Shown here piece by piece: positions 48,663 to 58,368 of a stretch of 64,000 nt of DNA. The notes beneath the pieces were generated by a model, which did no database searches, was not told the origin of the DNA, and saw nothing but the letters and a program-made list of their open reading frames with translations. The stretch comes from Bacteriovoracia bacterium (GTDB lineage: Bacteria; Bdellovibrionota; UBA1018; CAIPTA01), in assembly GCA_050246755.1 (NCBI GenBank), contig JBFWVL010000001.1, positions 1,440,001-1,504,000 of the forward strand. Direction: 5' to 3'. The translations under genes were made by a program, and so were the position numbers. The stretch's first letter is position 1, and each line of letters begins with the position of its first letter.

Positions 48663-49553
48663 ATGTTTCCCGGCGAAGTCCCGCACCGCTCGAATGAACC
48701 CTTGGCCCGCTATACTTCTTACCGTATTGGCGGCCCGGCCCATATTTTGGCCATGCCCATAACGAAGCGGCATATTCACGCGATCGGGAAATATTTGCTG
48801 GATACCGGTACTCCCTATTTCGTGCTGGGAAACGGCTCGAACGTGCTGGCGCCCGATGAAGGCTTTGATGGCGTAGTGATTTGCACGAAAGAGCTCGAGT
48901 CATTCCTGGAGATTTCCGGCACGAATGTGCGGGCTTCGGCGTCCACGCTGAACTCGCGTTTATTGCGCGGGTGCGCGGAAGCGGGTCTCGGGGGAATCGA
49001 CGCGCTTTCGGGGGTGCCCGGAAACCTAGGCGGCGCGGTGTTCATGAACGCCGGTACGGCCTCGGGGTGGATCGCGGAAGTTTTGGCAGAAGTAGAAGTG
49101 GTGAGCTTGCGTGGCACGGAGAGAACGGTTTCCGGGGCGGCGCTGAAATATTCCTACCGCGAGCAGCATTACCTCGAAGACGGCGAGTTGATCTGGGGGG
49201 CGCGGTTGAATTTGAAGCGTGAAGAACCCGAGGTGATTCGCGCCCGCTTGGCCGAATCGGTGAGGAAGCGCAAAGCCGCGCAGCCAATCGAATTGCCGAG
49301 CTGCGGCAGCGTTTTTCGCAATCCGGAAGGCAAAAATGCGTGGAGGCTCGTCGAGGAAGCGGGCTTGAAGGGATTTGCTAAGGGCGGGGCCAGGATCAGC
49401 GCCAAGCATTCCAACTTCATCGTGAATGAGGGCGGCGCTACCAAGGCCGACGTGCTCTTTCTCATTCAAACGGCCAAAGAAAAAGTTTATGCTACTTCAG
49501 GAATCCGCCTCCAAGAGGAAGTAGTTCAGCTCAACGGCAAAACCCTGAAATGA
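48663..49553 (+). CDS. murB: UDP-N-acetylenolpyruvoylglucosamine reductase
   Basis: TSYRIGGPA, GNGSN, GVPGNLGGAVFMNAG, QP...PSCGSVFRNP, HSNFIVN. Confidence 0.96.
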   Translation: MFPGEVPHRSNEPLARYTSYRIGGPAHILAMPITKRHIHAIGKYLLDTGTPYFVLGNGSNVLAPDEGFDGVVICTKELESFLEISGTNVRASASTLNSRLLRGCAEAGLGGIDALSGVPGNLGGAVFMNAGTASGWIAEVLAEVEVVSLRGTERTVSGAALKYSYREQHYLEDGELIWGARLNLKREEPEVIRARLAESVRKRKAAQPIELPSCGSVFRNPEGKNAWRLVEEAGLKGFAKGGARISAKHSNFIVNEGGATKADVLFLIQTAKEKVYATSGIRLQEEVVQLNGKTLK

Positions 49554-50347
49554 AATCAAGCGCCGCCAAACCATTTATCTTCGTCGGTGTGCCCATGGCG
49601 CTGGGCCTCGTGGCGTTGATTTTTGGCGGCATGGAGCTTCGCAGTTTTCTGTTAACATCTCCCCGCTTCGCCGTAAAGGAAGTGGTGGTGCTCACTAAGG
49701 GCAAGGCCGAAAAAGAGAATATTCTCCGCCTCGCCGGCATCCCCCCAAATACAAATATATTTTCTTTAGATCTCGATCGCGTGCGTCGCAGCGTGGAGAA
49801 AGAGCCGTGGGTGCATTCGGCCACCGTAGTGAGGGCGCTCCCCAACCGCATCGAAATTCAATACGATCCGCAGATTCCCGTGGCCATCCTCGGTGCCGGC
49901 TCGATGTATTACCTGAATGGAGAGGGGCGTCCTTTTTATAAAATTCAGACTGGTGATTCGCTTGCCTATCCCTTGGTTCAGGTGGAGGGGGGCTTTCGCA
50001 ATTCGGAATTATCACGGAAGCGTGTAGAGACTGGGCTGGAAATTCTCACTACTTTGCGCACTTCGCCCCTCTTTTCGGAGAAAGATTTGGGCGAAGTAAC
50101 GGTGCGAATGGATGCGGAAGATGGGGCGGCGCCCTACGTGTTAACACTGCGCTTTCCCCCTCGTAATCTCCCTATAAAAGGTAAGCAGCCAAATCGGTTA
50201 TACACCGCAAGCTTTGGCGAAGGAGATTTGTCCACTCAAGTCAAGCATTGGGAAGCTGTGCTGCGCCATCTCGCGCAAACCGGCAAAAACCCTAGATTAA
50301 TTCGTTTGGAGCTAGGGAAGAAAGTGGTTGTCAAACTAGAACGGTAA
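49550..50347 (+). CDS. ftsQ: Cell division protein FtsQ/DivIB
   Basis: TM plus POTRA domain (NIFSLDL...EPWV..ATVVRALPN.IEI); precedes ftsA. Confidence 0.85.
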   Translation: MKSSAAKPFIFVGVPMALGLVALIFGGMELRSFLLTSPRFAVKEVVVLTKGKAEKENILRLAGIPPNTNIFSLDLDRVRRSVEKEPWVHSATVVRALPNRIEIQYDPQIPVAILGAGSMYYLNGEGRPFYKIQTGDSLAYPLVQVEGGFRNSELSRKRVETGLEILTTLRTSPLFSEKDLGEVTVRMDAEDGAAPYVLTLRFPPRNLPIKGKQPNRLYTASFGEGDLSTQVKHWEAVLRHLAQTGKNPRLIRLELGKKVVVKLER

Positions 50348-50418
50348 CTCTACCCTAATAGTATAGGCTACCGTGTCATTGCGGTAACAGTAGCGGAAAC
50401 GCTCCTAAGGAGGGGGTC

Positions 50419-51645
50419 GTGGCCAAGCAAGAATTCATCGTTGGTTTGGACATCGGCACGACCAAGATCTGCGCCATCGTTGGGCAGGTAACGGAAACGG
50501 GCATCGATATCATCGGACTTGGCACGCGGCCTTCTACCGGTCTGCGCAAAGGTGCGGTAATTAATATCGATTCCACCGTAGAAGGCATTCAGCGCGCGAT
50601 CGAAGAAGCGGAGCTGATGTCGGGCTGCCAGATCTCCTCGGCATATATCGGCGTAGCCGGTAATCACGTTCGCTCCTTTAATTCTTCCGGCGTTGTTTCG
50701 GTGAAGAACCGTGAAATCGATAAAGACGATGTAGAGCGCGTGATCGATGCGGCCAAAGCAATTGCCATCCCCGCCGACCGGCAAGTAATTCACTTAATTC
50801 CCCAGGATTTCATCATCGACGGCCAAGACGGTATCAAAGAGCCGATCGGCATGAACGGCGTGCGCCTCGAGGGCAAAATTCACATCGTAACCGCGAATTC
50901 TTCCTCCACGCAAAATCTCGTGAAGTGCTCGAACCGTGCAGGCCTCAACGTGAGCGAGCTCGTGCTCGAGCCGATCGCTTCGGCCGAAGCCGTGCTTTCG
51001 GATGATGAAAAAGAGTTGGGCGTGGCGCTCGTGGATATCGGCGGCGGCACTTCCGACATTTGCATCTTCGTGGGCGGTGCGCTGGTGCATACCGGCGTGA
51101 TCAATATCGGCGGAAATCATATCACCAACGATATCGCGGTGGGCTTGCGGACTCCGCAGGTGGAGGCCGAAAAATTAAAGGTGCGCCACGGCGGCTGCAT
51201 GAAAGAGTTAATTGCGCCGGAAGAAACGATCGAGGTTCCGGGAGTGGGCGGGCGCCAGCCACGCATCGTGGCCCGTCGTTTGCTCGCCGAAATCATCGAG
51301 CCGCGCACCGAAGAGATTTTCCAGCTGATCAAAGCCGAGATTGAGAAGACGGGCTATACCGATCTCATAGGCAGCGGAGTGGTGATCACTGGCGGATGTT
51401 CCCTGCTCGAAGGAATGCCGGAATTAGCGGAAATGGTTTTTGAGATGCCCGTGAAGAGGGGCTACCCCAGTGGTATGGGGGGAATGCGCGACATCGTGAA
51501 TTCCCCAAAATACGCCACCGGAGTGGGGCTCTTGAAATACGCGGCAAATAAAATGGCAGCCAAGAATCACCGATCCCATATGGGCGAAGGCGTAGGACGC
51601 CGGATGCGCGATATGATGAACGGCTGGTTTAAGGATTTATTCTAG
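50419..51645 (+). CDS. ftsA: Cell division protein FtsA
   Basis: [40 protein letters not shown]. Confidence 0.97.
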   Translation: MAKQEFIVGLDIGTTKICAIVGQVTETGIDIIGLGTRPSTGLRKGAVINIDSTVEGIQRAIEEAELMSGCQISSAYIGVAGNHVRSFNSSGVVSVKNREIDKDDVERVIDAAKAIAIPADRQVIHLIPQDFIIDGQDGIKEPIGMNGVRLEGKIHIVTANSSSTQNLVKCSNRAGLNVSELVLEPIASAEAVLSDDEKELGVALVDIGGGTSDICIFVGGALVHTGVINIGGNHITNDIAVGLRTPQVEAEKLKVRHGGCMKELIAPEETIEVPGVGGRQPRIVARRLLAEIIEPRTEEIFQLIKAEIEKTGYTDLIGSGVVITGGCSLLEGMPELAEMVFEMPVKRGYPSGMGGMRDIVNSPKYATGVGLLKYAANKMAAKNHRSHMGEGVGRRMRDMMNGWFKDLF

Positions 51646-51658
51646 GACGGAGGAACGC

Positions 51659-53275
51659 ATGTTTGAGCTGGATAAAGCAGCAACGGTGGCCCAAGGGGCG
51701 AAAATTAAGGTAATCGGCGTGGGCGGCTCGGGCGGCAATGCCGTAAACACCATGATCAAATCGGGATTGAGCGGCGTGGAGTTCATCTGCGTGAATACCG
51801 ATCGTCAGGCCCTCGGTGCTTCCCTCGCGGAAGTGAAGATTGCCATCGGCGGCGAACTTACGAAAGGCCTTGGCGCCGGTGCGAATCCCGAAGTGGGAAG
51901 ACGCGCGGCCCTCGAGGACTATCATAAAATCGCCGACGTGCTCCAGGGTTCCGACATGGTATTCGTGACGGCCGGCATGGGCGGTGGTACCGGAACCGGC
52001 GCGGCTCCCGTGATCGCGAAGATCGCCAAAGAACTCGGCATCCTCACCGTGGGCGTAGTGACGAAGCCCTTCGATTTTGAAGGCCGTAAACGCATGCGCC
52101 AGGCGGGCGATGGTATCCGTTTCCTCCGCGAAAGCGTGGATTCCCTGATCACCATTCCTAATCAAAGACTGCTTTCGATCGCCGGTAACTCGATGAGCTT
52201 CATGGACGCCTTCAAAAAGGCCGACGAAGTTCTCCTGAATGCCGTGCAAGGGATCTCGGACTTGATCAATCATACGGGCTTGATCAATACCGACTTCGCC
52301 GACGTTCGCACGATCATGGCGAATAAGGGCCTGGCCCTCATGGGAACCGGCATCGGCGAGGGCGAGCACCGCGCCGTAGAAGCTGCAACCAACGCGATCT
52401 CATCTCCGCTGCTCGAGGATATCTCGGTAGACGGCGCCACCGGCCTGATCATCAACGTAACCGGCGGATCTGACCTCACGGCCTTCGAAGTGAACGAAGC
52501 TACCACCTTGATCATGGAAGCCGCCCACGAAGATGCCGAGATTATTTTCGGCTCCGTGATCGACGAGAACATGAAGAACCGCGTGAAGATCACCGTGATC
52601 GCTACGGGAATCGGCGCACAGGCGCAGCTCGGCGTGCCCGCTACGATGGAGCGAGTGCTTCCTCAGGGTATGGGTTCGATGGCCGGCACCCAGGCGGAAT
52701 CGCTCTCTAGTCTTCCCAAGCAGGCGTCCGTGCCCAGCTCGGTTCCTGAGCGGCCAATGGCTCTCGGCACCGGAGCTAACTATAATCACCCCGCGCTAAA
52801 CGGCGGGATGGCTTCGGCGGCTCCTGTCGCCCCTTCAGTTCCCCCTCCGGCTCCCGCAATGAAGCAGGAGCTCGATCAAATCATCCCTTCGGCTTCCTTG
52901 GCTGAATTGGATGCGCAAATCGATTCCTTCGGCGCTGGCGGCGAGGCCGAGGATGAGCGTGATATCATGGAGGAGTTCGAGGAAACCTTTCCCGTAGCGC
53001 CTTCTCAGCCACGCGCGGCCACCGCAACCCCTTCTACGGCAGAGCTTGCGCGCAAGATGGAGCAAGTGGAGATGTTTGAGGAGAAGGCCGCGGCGGCCGA
53101 AGCGCGCACAAAAGAAGAGTCACCCGCAGTGAAGGCCCGGGACGCGCGTTCCGAAAGCCTTGCTCGTGCGCAACAGATCGCACGGAGCCTCGGTGTGACC
53201 AATCTCTCCGACGATGAATACGATATTCCGACCTTTATTCGTCGCCAGCAGCAAAATCCTTCCGTAAACAACTAG
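51659..53275 (+). CDS. ftsZ: Cell division protein FtsZ with a long C-terminal linker
   Basis: [27 protein letters not shown]; C-terminal peptide [10 protein letters not shown]. Confidence 0.98.
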   Translation: MFELDKAATVAQGAKIKVIGVGGSGGNAVNTMIKSGLSGVEFICVNTDRQALGASLAEVKIAIGGELTKGLGAGANPEVGRRAALEDYHKIADVLQGSDMVFVTAGMGGGTGTGAAPVIAKIAKELGILTVGVVTKPFDFEGRKRMRQAGDGIRFLRESVDSLITIPNQRLLSIAGNSMSFMDAFKKADEVLLNAVQGISDLINHTGLINTDFADVRTIMANKGLALMGTGIGEGEHRAVEAATNAISSPLLEDISVDGATGLIINVTGGSDLTAFEVNEATTLIMEAAHEDAEIIFGSVIDENMKNRVKITVIATGIGAQAQLGVPATMERVLPQGMGSMAGTQAESLSSLPKQASVPSSVPERPMALGTGANYNHPALNGGMASAAPVAPSVPPPAPAMKQELDQIIPSASLAELDAQIDSFGAGGEAEDERDIMEEFEETFPVAPSQPRAATATPSTAELARKMEQVEMFEEKAAAAEARTKEESPAVKARDARSESLARAQQIARSLGVTNLSDDEYDIPTFIRRQQQNPSVNN

Positions 53276-53297
53276 TTAGAAAATAGAACGAGTTGAT

Positions 53298-53325
53298 AGA
53301 GGGCCTCCGAGGCCCTCTTTTTTTT
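53298..53325 (+). terminator. Intrinsic terminator after ftsZ
   Basis: agagggcct-ccg-aggccctct followed by a T run. Confidence 0.88.
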
Positions 53326-53563
53326 GTCAAATTCAAGAATGACGCAGCTCGTTTTGGTCGGCTAGATTTCAGTGATGAAAAAATCATTGATTTGCTGCGA
53401 GCGGCCATAATAAAAAGTACATAGCGTTTGTGTAAGGTTTTGCCAGCGCTATCCAGAAGATACCATTCCTATTTTCCACGTAACCGCGTTTTCATATCTC
53501 TACCGAATAACGTGAACGGCCTCAAGACAGAGACCATTGGAATTTCGGCTAACGGAGGGATTA

Positions 53564-55114
53564 ATGAAAATAGGGAACGTCTTCTTATCAATCGTCACCT
53601 TGGTGGGTGTACTAGCCGGTGGCGCAGCTTCTGCGCAAAGCCAGATGATCCAAGTGAATGGTCAGCTTCGTCCTGCATACCGCGAGGGTGAAGTGATCGT
53701 GAAATATAAAGACGGTGCCAACCGCTCTTTCCGCACGATGACGGCAATGTACTCGCGCGTGAACGTAGTGGCCGTTGATCGCTTCAAGGGCGCTTTCAAA
53801 AATTTCGAAAAGCTCACGTTCAACACCTCCAACCTCTCGGTGGAACAAGTGGTGGCCGACATTCAGCGTGATCCTTCGGTTGAATACGTTCAGCCGAACT
53901 ACATGCTCTACGCTTTCCCCAATCAGCTTGCGCAGCCGAAGAAGCTCGGCGAGCCCTGCATGATTCCCGGAATTCCTTATCCTCCCGGCTGTGAAGACAG
54001 CGGCGGCGGAGGCGGCGGAACCCCTCCTCCCGGCGGCGGTCAGCCCTGCTTGATCCCCGGCATCCCTTATCCCCCAGGCTGTGAAGACGGCGGTGGTGGC
54101 GGAGGCGGCGGTGGACCCACTCCTCCTCCTGCAAACCGTCCGGCAATCCCAGCATTGCCCGCGGAAGTGAATCCCCCCGTTGCGGATCCGAATCTTTCGC
54201 AAGCATGGGGCGTACTAAAAGTTTCCGCTGATAAGGCATGGTCTATCGAGAAAGGCTCCAAGAACCTCATCGTGGCCGTGATCGATACCGGCGTGGACTA
54301 TACCCACCCTGACTTGGCTTTCAATATCTGGAGAAATCCTAAGGCATTGAACGCGGTTAAGACCGGCGTAGACGCACAAGGTGACGAAATCACCGGTGAC
54401 GTTGTGGGCTGGGATTTCGTGCACAACGACAACCTTCCTTACGACGACAACGAGCACGGCACGCACTGCGCCGGCACTATCGGTGCTGTGGGCGGCGACG
54501 GACAAGGTGTTTCGGGTGTGAACCAACGTGTTTCCATCATGGCAGTGAAATTCCTCTCCGGCCAAGGCAGCGGCACCACCGCTGACGCCATCAAAGGAAT
54601 CGACTATGCCGTGAGCCGCGGCGCTAAAGTTCTCTCCAACTCTTGGGGCGGCAAAGGCGACGACGGAAACAACGCCCTGAAAGACGCTATCCTCCGCGCT
54701 CAAGCGAAGGGTGTGCTTTTCATCGCGGCCGCTGGTAACGATTCCACCAACAACGACAGCGACCCGGTTTACCCCGCCGCTTTCAACTTGGAAAACATGA
54801 TCACCGTAGCTGCTACGAGCGAGACTGATGGGCTGGCCTACTTCTCGAACACCGGCGCTAAATCGGTGCACGTGGGAGCTCCCGGTACGAACGTATACAG
54901 CACTGTTCCTGGCAATAAGTACAACAAGCTCTCGGGTACCTCGATGGCTTGTCCGCACGTTGCCGGCGCAGCCGCCCTCGTATGGTCGCACTTCCCGAAC
55001 GCAGACTTCAAAGAGATCAAGCGCCGCTTGATGGATTCTGGGGATGCTGTCGGCGCCCTTTCAGGTAAGACCATTACCGGAAAGCGCATCAACGTACTCA
55101 ACGCTCTTAACTAA
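53564..55114 (+). CDS. Secreted S8 subtilase (thermitase-like) with repeated Cys/Pro peptide cassettes in the pro-region linker
   Basis: GGAGG RBS; AVIDTG, HGTHCAG, AAGND, SGTSMACPHVAG. Confidence 0.95.
   Translation: MKIGNVFLSIVTLVGVLAGGAASAQSQMIQVNGQLRPAYREGEVIVKYKDGANRSFRTMTAMYSRVNVVAVDRFKGAFKNFEKLTFNTSNLSVEQVVADIQRDPSVEYVQPNYMLYAFPNQLAQPKKLGEPCMIPGIPYPPGCEDSGGGGGGTPPPGGGQPCLIPGIPYPPGCEDGGGGGGGGGPTPPPANRPAIPALPAEVNPPVADPNLSQAWGVLKVSADKAWSIEKGSKNLIVAVIDTGVDYTHPDLAFNIWRNPKALNAVKTGVDAQGDEITGDVVGWDFVHNDNLPYDDNEHGTHCAGTIGAVGGDGQGVSGVNQRVSIMAVKFLSGQGSGTTADAIKGIDYAVSRGAKVLSNSWGGKGDDGNNALKDAILRAQAKGVLFIAAAGNDSTNNDSDPVYPAAFNLENMITVAATSETDGLAYFSNTGAKSVHVGAPGTNVYSTVPGNKYNKLSGTSMACPHVAGAAALVWSHFPNADFKEIKRRLMDSGDAVGALSGKTITGKRINVLNALN
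53948..54088 (+). repeat. Two-copy coding repeat, 90-nt period: G(E/Q)PC(M/L)IPGIPYPPGCED with Gly/Pro spacers
   Basis: Copies at 53948-53998 and 54038-54088. Confidence 0.9.
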
Positions 55115-55134
55115 GAACGCTAGTACTCAGAAAC

Positions 55135-55165
55135 GAGGAGGGGGCTTAACCGCCCCTTTCTTTTT
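55135..55165 (+). terminator. Probable intrinsic terminator after the S8 gene
   Basis: gagggggc-ttaacc-gcccctttc followed by ttttt. Confidence 0.65.
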
Positions 55166-55222
55166 GATTTTATTATAAATAATGTTTATGTAAAATAAAC
55201 AACCGTTTAAAGGGGAGAAGCT

Positions 55223-55993
55223 ATGAAGCCCGTATTGATCTTGGTCTTGCTGTGTTCTATTTCTGGTTCGGCATTCGCTTCCGGGGTGGAGCTGGCCATA
55301 GTGGCAAGCTTGCCGAACGAAAAAATGAGTTTCGTGCGAGAAACCTTGCGCGAAAAATTCGATTTCACGGGCAAGCCGGGTAATACGGACTACGCCACGG
55401 CGATCACTTACTTCGCCCAAAAAAATGGAGTGCAAACCGTGAGCGCCATCCAGGTTCTTACGGAAGAAGGCTCGGTAACCACGGACCATTTTCATCAAGG
55501 GCTGGAACTTGGCGCTTCTCAGGCTCCAATCGTGCTGGCTCCCTTGGGTGGAGCAGATATGCAAAGTAGCTGCCTTAAAATGGCGGCGCAGCCTCAGACC
55601 GCATTCCTGTTGCCCATAGGATCTGATGCAGCATTCGATAACGGAGCTTTAGAACCGGCTTGTTACTCCGCTAATATTTTATTCGTGGGTGGGATGAATA
55701 AAGAGCTTACTGAGCTAGCGGTTAACCAGACCTATGGCACCAAGGCTCGCATCGGAGTTCCCTACGTAACCCTTACGGCCCCAGTGGGCGAAGATGGACG
55801 TACCATAACGTACACGTCGAAGGCTTTCGGTCTTGGCATGCTCGCCGGTAAGATGGCCGCGCTCCTGCGGGAAGAGCCCTCTTTGCGCGGCGGGACGCTC
55901 ATCCAGCGTTTTGTTGATACCAAAACGGCTTATCTGCCCTCTTTATTGGGTAAGGTCCGCGACGCCCGTGCGCTCGTAGACGTGGAGTACTAA
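55223..55993 (+). CDS. Secreted subtilisin-fold protein lacking the catalytic residues (pseudoprotease)
   Basis: GGAG RBS, signal peptide; colinear similarity to the neighbouring S8 domain (see findings). Confidence 0.7.
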   Translation: MKPVLILVLLCSISGSAFASGVELAIVASLPNEKMSFVRETLREKFDFTGKPGNTDYATAITYFAQKNGVQTVSAIQVLTEEGSVTTDHFHQGLELGASQAPIVLAPLGGADMQSSCLKMAAQPQTAFLLPIGSDAAFDNGALEPACYSANILFVGGMNKELTELAVNQTYGTKARIGVPYVTLTAPVGEDGRTITYTSKAFGLGMLAGKMAALLREEPSLRGGTLIQRFVDTKTAYLPSLLGKVRDARALVDVEY

Positions 55994-56010
55994 GCTCGAT
56001 TTTTTTCCGT

Positions 56011-56042
56011 AAGGGGGCTGGGCTCGGGCTTAGCCCCCTTTT
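56011..56042 (+). terminator. Intrinsic terminator
   Basis: aagggggct...agccccctttt. Confidence 0.7.
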
Positions 56043-56157
56043 CTATTCGTTTTAGGCCTCCAACAAAATCCTAACAATACTCATCTTTACCCTCTGATTT
56101 TGGGGGGTTAAAAAGAAAATTAGCTAAACGAAAGACATCCTAAAAAGGGAAGTAAGT

Positions 56158-56493
56158 ATGAAGTTCCTCCTGAGTTTCCTGGCCCTCGCCACGATTTCCT
56201 CTTCTGCCTTCGCGGCCACCACGGTTCTCGAGTGTAAGGGCAATACGCTTAACGGCAATCCCCGTCGTATCGAGATCCAGGCGAATGCCATCACCGTAAT
56301 ATTCGACGACCAATCCGTGATGAGCGGCGAAACGTCGAGCCAAAATCGCGGTTCCCCCAATACTTATTTCAACGTGGTGGGCTTCGATTACGGAATTCCC
56401 AAAGCGCTCCTCAACGGACGCGTAAAAGAAGCCGGCGTGCTGATCTCAAGCTATGACTATCCCTACGAGGAAGTAAGCTGCACTCGTCAGTAA
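56158..56493 (+). CDS. Small secreted hypothetical protein
   Basis: MKFLLSFLALATISSSAFA signal peptide; one Cys near each end. Confidence 0.75.
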   Translation: MKFLLSFLALATISSSAFAATTVLECKGNTLNGNPRRIEIQANAITVIFDDQSVMSGETSSQNRGSPNTYFNVVGFDYGIPKALLNGRVKEAGVLISSYDYPYEEVSCTRQ

Positions 56494-56537
56494 AGAAGTA
56501 ATGGAAGGATCCATATAAAGAGGATGCCGCCAATGAG

Positions 56538-56572
56538 AAAGGGCCGAAGTACCTTTCGGTACTCCGGCCCTT
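56538..56572. terminator. Hairpin between convergent genes
   Basis: aagggccg-aagtacc-tttc-ggtact-ccggccctt. Confidence 0.6.
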
Positions 56573-56652
56573 AACGGCCATGCCCATGGCCTTTTAGCGC
56601 GTCCAGCGCCCCTTCTTCTCCATCCTAGAGAAGGTTATCCCCCCGGATAAAA

Positions 56653-57078
56653 CTAAACTTTGAAGTCCACGGCGTCGCCGAGGCTCTTATGGCGTCGTCC
56701 TTCGGCATTGAGAGCTTCACTGCGCTCGGCGGCCTCTTTGCATTCGATGCAAAGTTCGGCCGTAGGACGAGCCTCAAGGCGCTTCACGCTGATTTCTCCG
56801 CCGCAACCAAGGCACTGGCCGTAGGTCCCGTCTTTGATGCGCAGAAGGGCTTCTTCCACCTTGCGGAAGTAGAGGCTTTCGCGATTTCCGAGGCGCATTT
56901 TCATTCCGCGTTCGGTATCGGCGAGGGCCATGTCCACTTCGTCGAGGATTTCGTTCTGGTCCACGCTGAAATCTACGCGAATGGTTTTACCATTCGAGAG
57001 AATTTCGTCGCGCTGCGCTTGCAGCTGAAGCAGAAGAGCTTGGATAGAGAGTTCATTTTTTTTCAATTCGTTGTTCAT
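56653..57078 (-). CDS. dksA: DksA/TraR C4 zinc-finger protein
   Basis: DEVDMA, EALLRIKDGTYGQC..C...I...RLEARPTAELC.EC. Confidence 0.9.
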   Translation of the reverse strand: MNNELKKNELSIQALLLQLQAQRDEILSNGKTIRVDFSVDQNEILDEVDMALADTERGMKMRLGNRESLYFRKVEEALLRIKDGTYGQCLGCGGEISVKRLEARPTAELCIECKEAAERSEALNAEGRRHKSLGDAVDFKV

Positions 57079-57174
57079 AAAAGAGTCCTTCTAAAAAACG
57101 AGGCGCGCATTCCTAATGCGCCTCAAATATTTTGGTAATCCGACTTTGTCTCTAAGGCGGGAGGGAGGTCCCGT

Positions 57175-57762
57175 TTAGGGTTGACCTTTAAGGTCTTTGA
57201 GAATCAGTTTGGACAGACCCTTTAGAGTCTCCAAGACGCCGACTCCATCGCTGGCCACTGCTTCAAATGCAGGATGACCGCTCGGATTAAGGACCTTTTC
57301 CATTTCCGGGAGCGGGCAGACGTTAGGCAAATCACGTTTGTTGAACTGGTGCACGAGTGGGATAGATTCGAGTTCATAGCCTTGCTCCTCTAAATTCTCT
57401 CGGAGGGTGGCGAAACTTTCTAAGTTCGCCTCCATCCGGGTTACTTGGCTATCTGATACAAGGACTATGCCGTCGACTCCTCTTAGAATTAAACGCCGGC
57501 TGGCGTCGTAGTAGCTCTGGCCGGGCACCGTATAGAGATGAAAACGAATACGGAAGCCCCTCAGCGTACCGAGCGCTAAGGGCAGAAAATCAAAGAACAA
57601 AGTGCGTTCGTTATCCGTCTGCAGGCTGATCATTTTGCCTTTGCCGTCGGGATGGGTCTGCGAATAAATATACTGCAAATTCGTGGTCTTACCGCTCATC
57701 GAGGGACCGAAGTATACGATCTTGCAGTTAATTTCTTTTGAGTTGTAGTTAACGAAGCTCAT
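57175..57762 (-). CDS. mglA: Ras-like polarity GTPase MglA
   Basis: EINCKIVYFGPSMSGKTTNL, RTLFFDFLPL, LYTVPGQ, NKRDL, EAVA. Confidence 0.96.
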   Translation of the reverse strand: MSFVNYNSKEINCKIVYFGPSMSGKTTNLQYIYSQTHPDGKGKMISLQTDNERTLFFDFLPLALGTLRGFRIRFHLYTVPGQSYYDASRRLILRGVDGIVLVSDSQVTRMEANLESFATLRENLEEQGYELESIPLVHQFNKRDLPNVCPLPEMEKVLNPSGHPAFEAVASDGVGVLETLKGLSKLILKDLKGQP

Positions 57763-57774
57763 AGATAAGTGGCC

Positions 57775-58368
57775 TCAACTACGAGCGTTTTCGAAGAGAC
57801 GATCGATTTCGTCGTCGGTGATATCGGAAAAGAGGGTGGAATCTTTCTCGGTAAGATTTTCCAGTGGGGCCGAATTTTCCGACCCCAGTGGTGGCATTGT
57901 GGCCCCGCTAGATTTTGCCCTGGGCTCACTTTCGCTGGCAGCCCTTTCAGATTCTTGCAGCTCCCACTGCTCGGGATTGGCCACGCCCAGGCGCTCGAAG
58001 GTTTCGGCGTAACGCCTTACTTTCATGCGGAATAGGCCGGGATTCAGAGGCTGATCGTAAAGCGCCGCCAGCCAGTGGTCGGAACCTACAGCTACGGTAT
58101 AGAGCCCTACCTCATCCGAGTCGCAAGCGAAGCGCGTAGGGGAGTCGGAGGCGCTCCCGAGCTGGCCCATGGATTTTCCGGCCGCAATCATCGCGGCGGC
58201 GAGGGCGGCGATACTGGGAAAGTGAGTGTCCTCGAGCCAGCCGGACCGATACAAGATTTGTCCACTCTCGTGAAAAAGAATCACGGCCTTGGTGCCGAGT
58301 TCGTGGCTCATCCGCTGGATCAAGCTTTGGAGGCTGGGCTGCTGGGAAGACGCGCCGGTTCCTAGCAC
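57775..58368 (-). CDS. mglB: MglB-like roadblock/LC7 protein with an acidic C-terminal helix
   Basis: Directly upstream of mglA; AVILFHESGQIL...IAALAAA...PGLFRMKV; C-terminus FSDITDDEIDRLFE. Confidence 0.8.
   Translation of the reverse strand: MLGTGASSQQPSLQSLIQRMSHELGTKAVILFHESGQILYRSGWLEDTHFPSIAALAAAMIAAGKSMGQLGSASDSPTRFACDSDEVGLYTVAVGSDHWLAALYDQPLNPGLFRMKVRRYAETFERLGVANPEQWELQESERAASESEPRAKSSGATMPPLGSENSAPLENLTEKDSTLFSDITDDEIDRLFENARS

Noticed and set aside
53481-53510. Possible sigma28 site (TAACCG...ACCGAATA) upstream of the second subtilase
   Set aside because: The -10 is good, but the -35 match and spacing (22 nt) differ from the other sites; not included.
53948-54115. Repeat-spacer-repeat appearance suggesting a CRISPR array
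   Set aside because: Only two copies, in frame within a coding region, differing mainly at synonymous sites, with no cas genes nearby.
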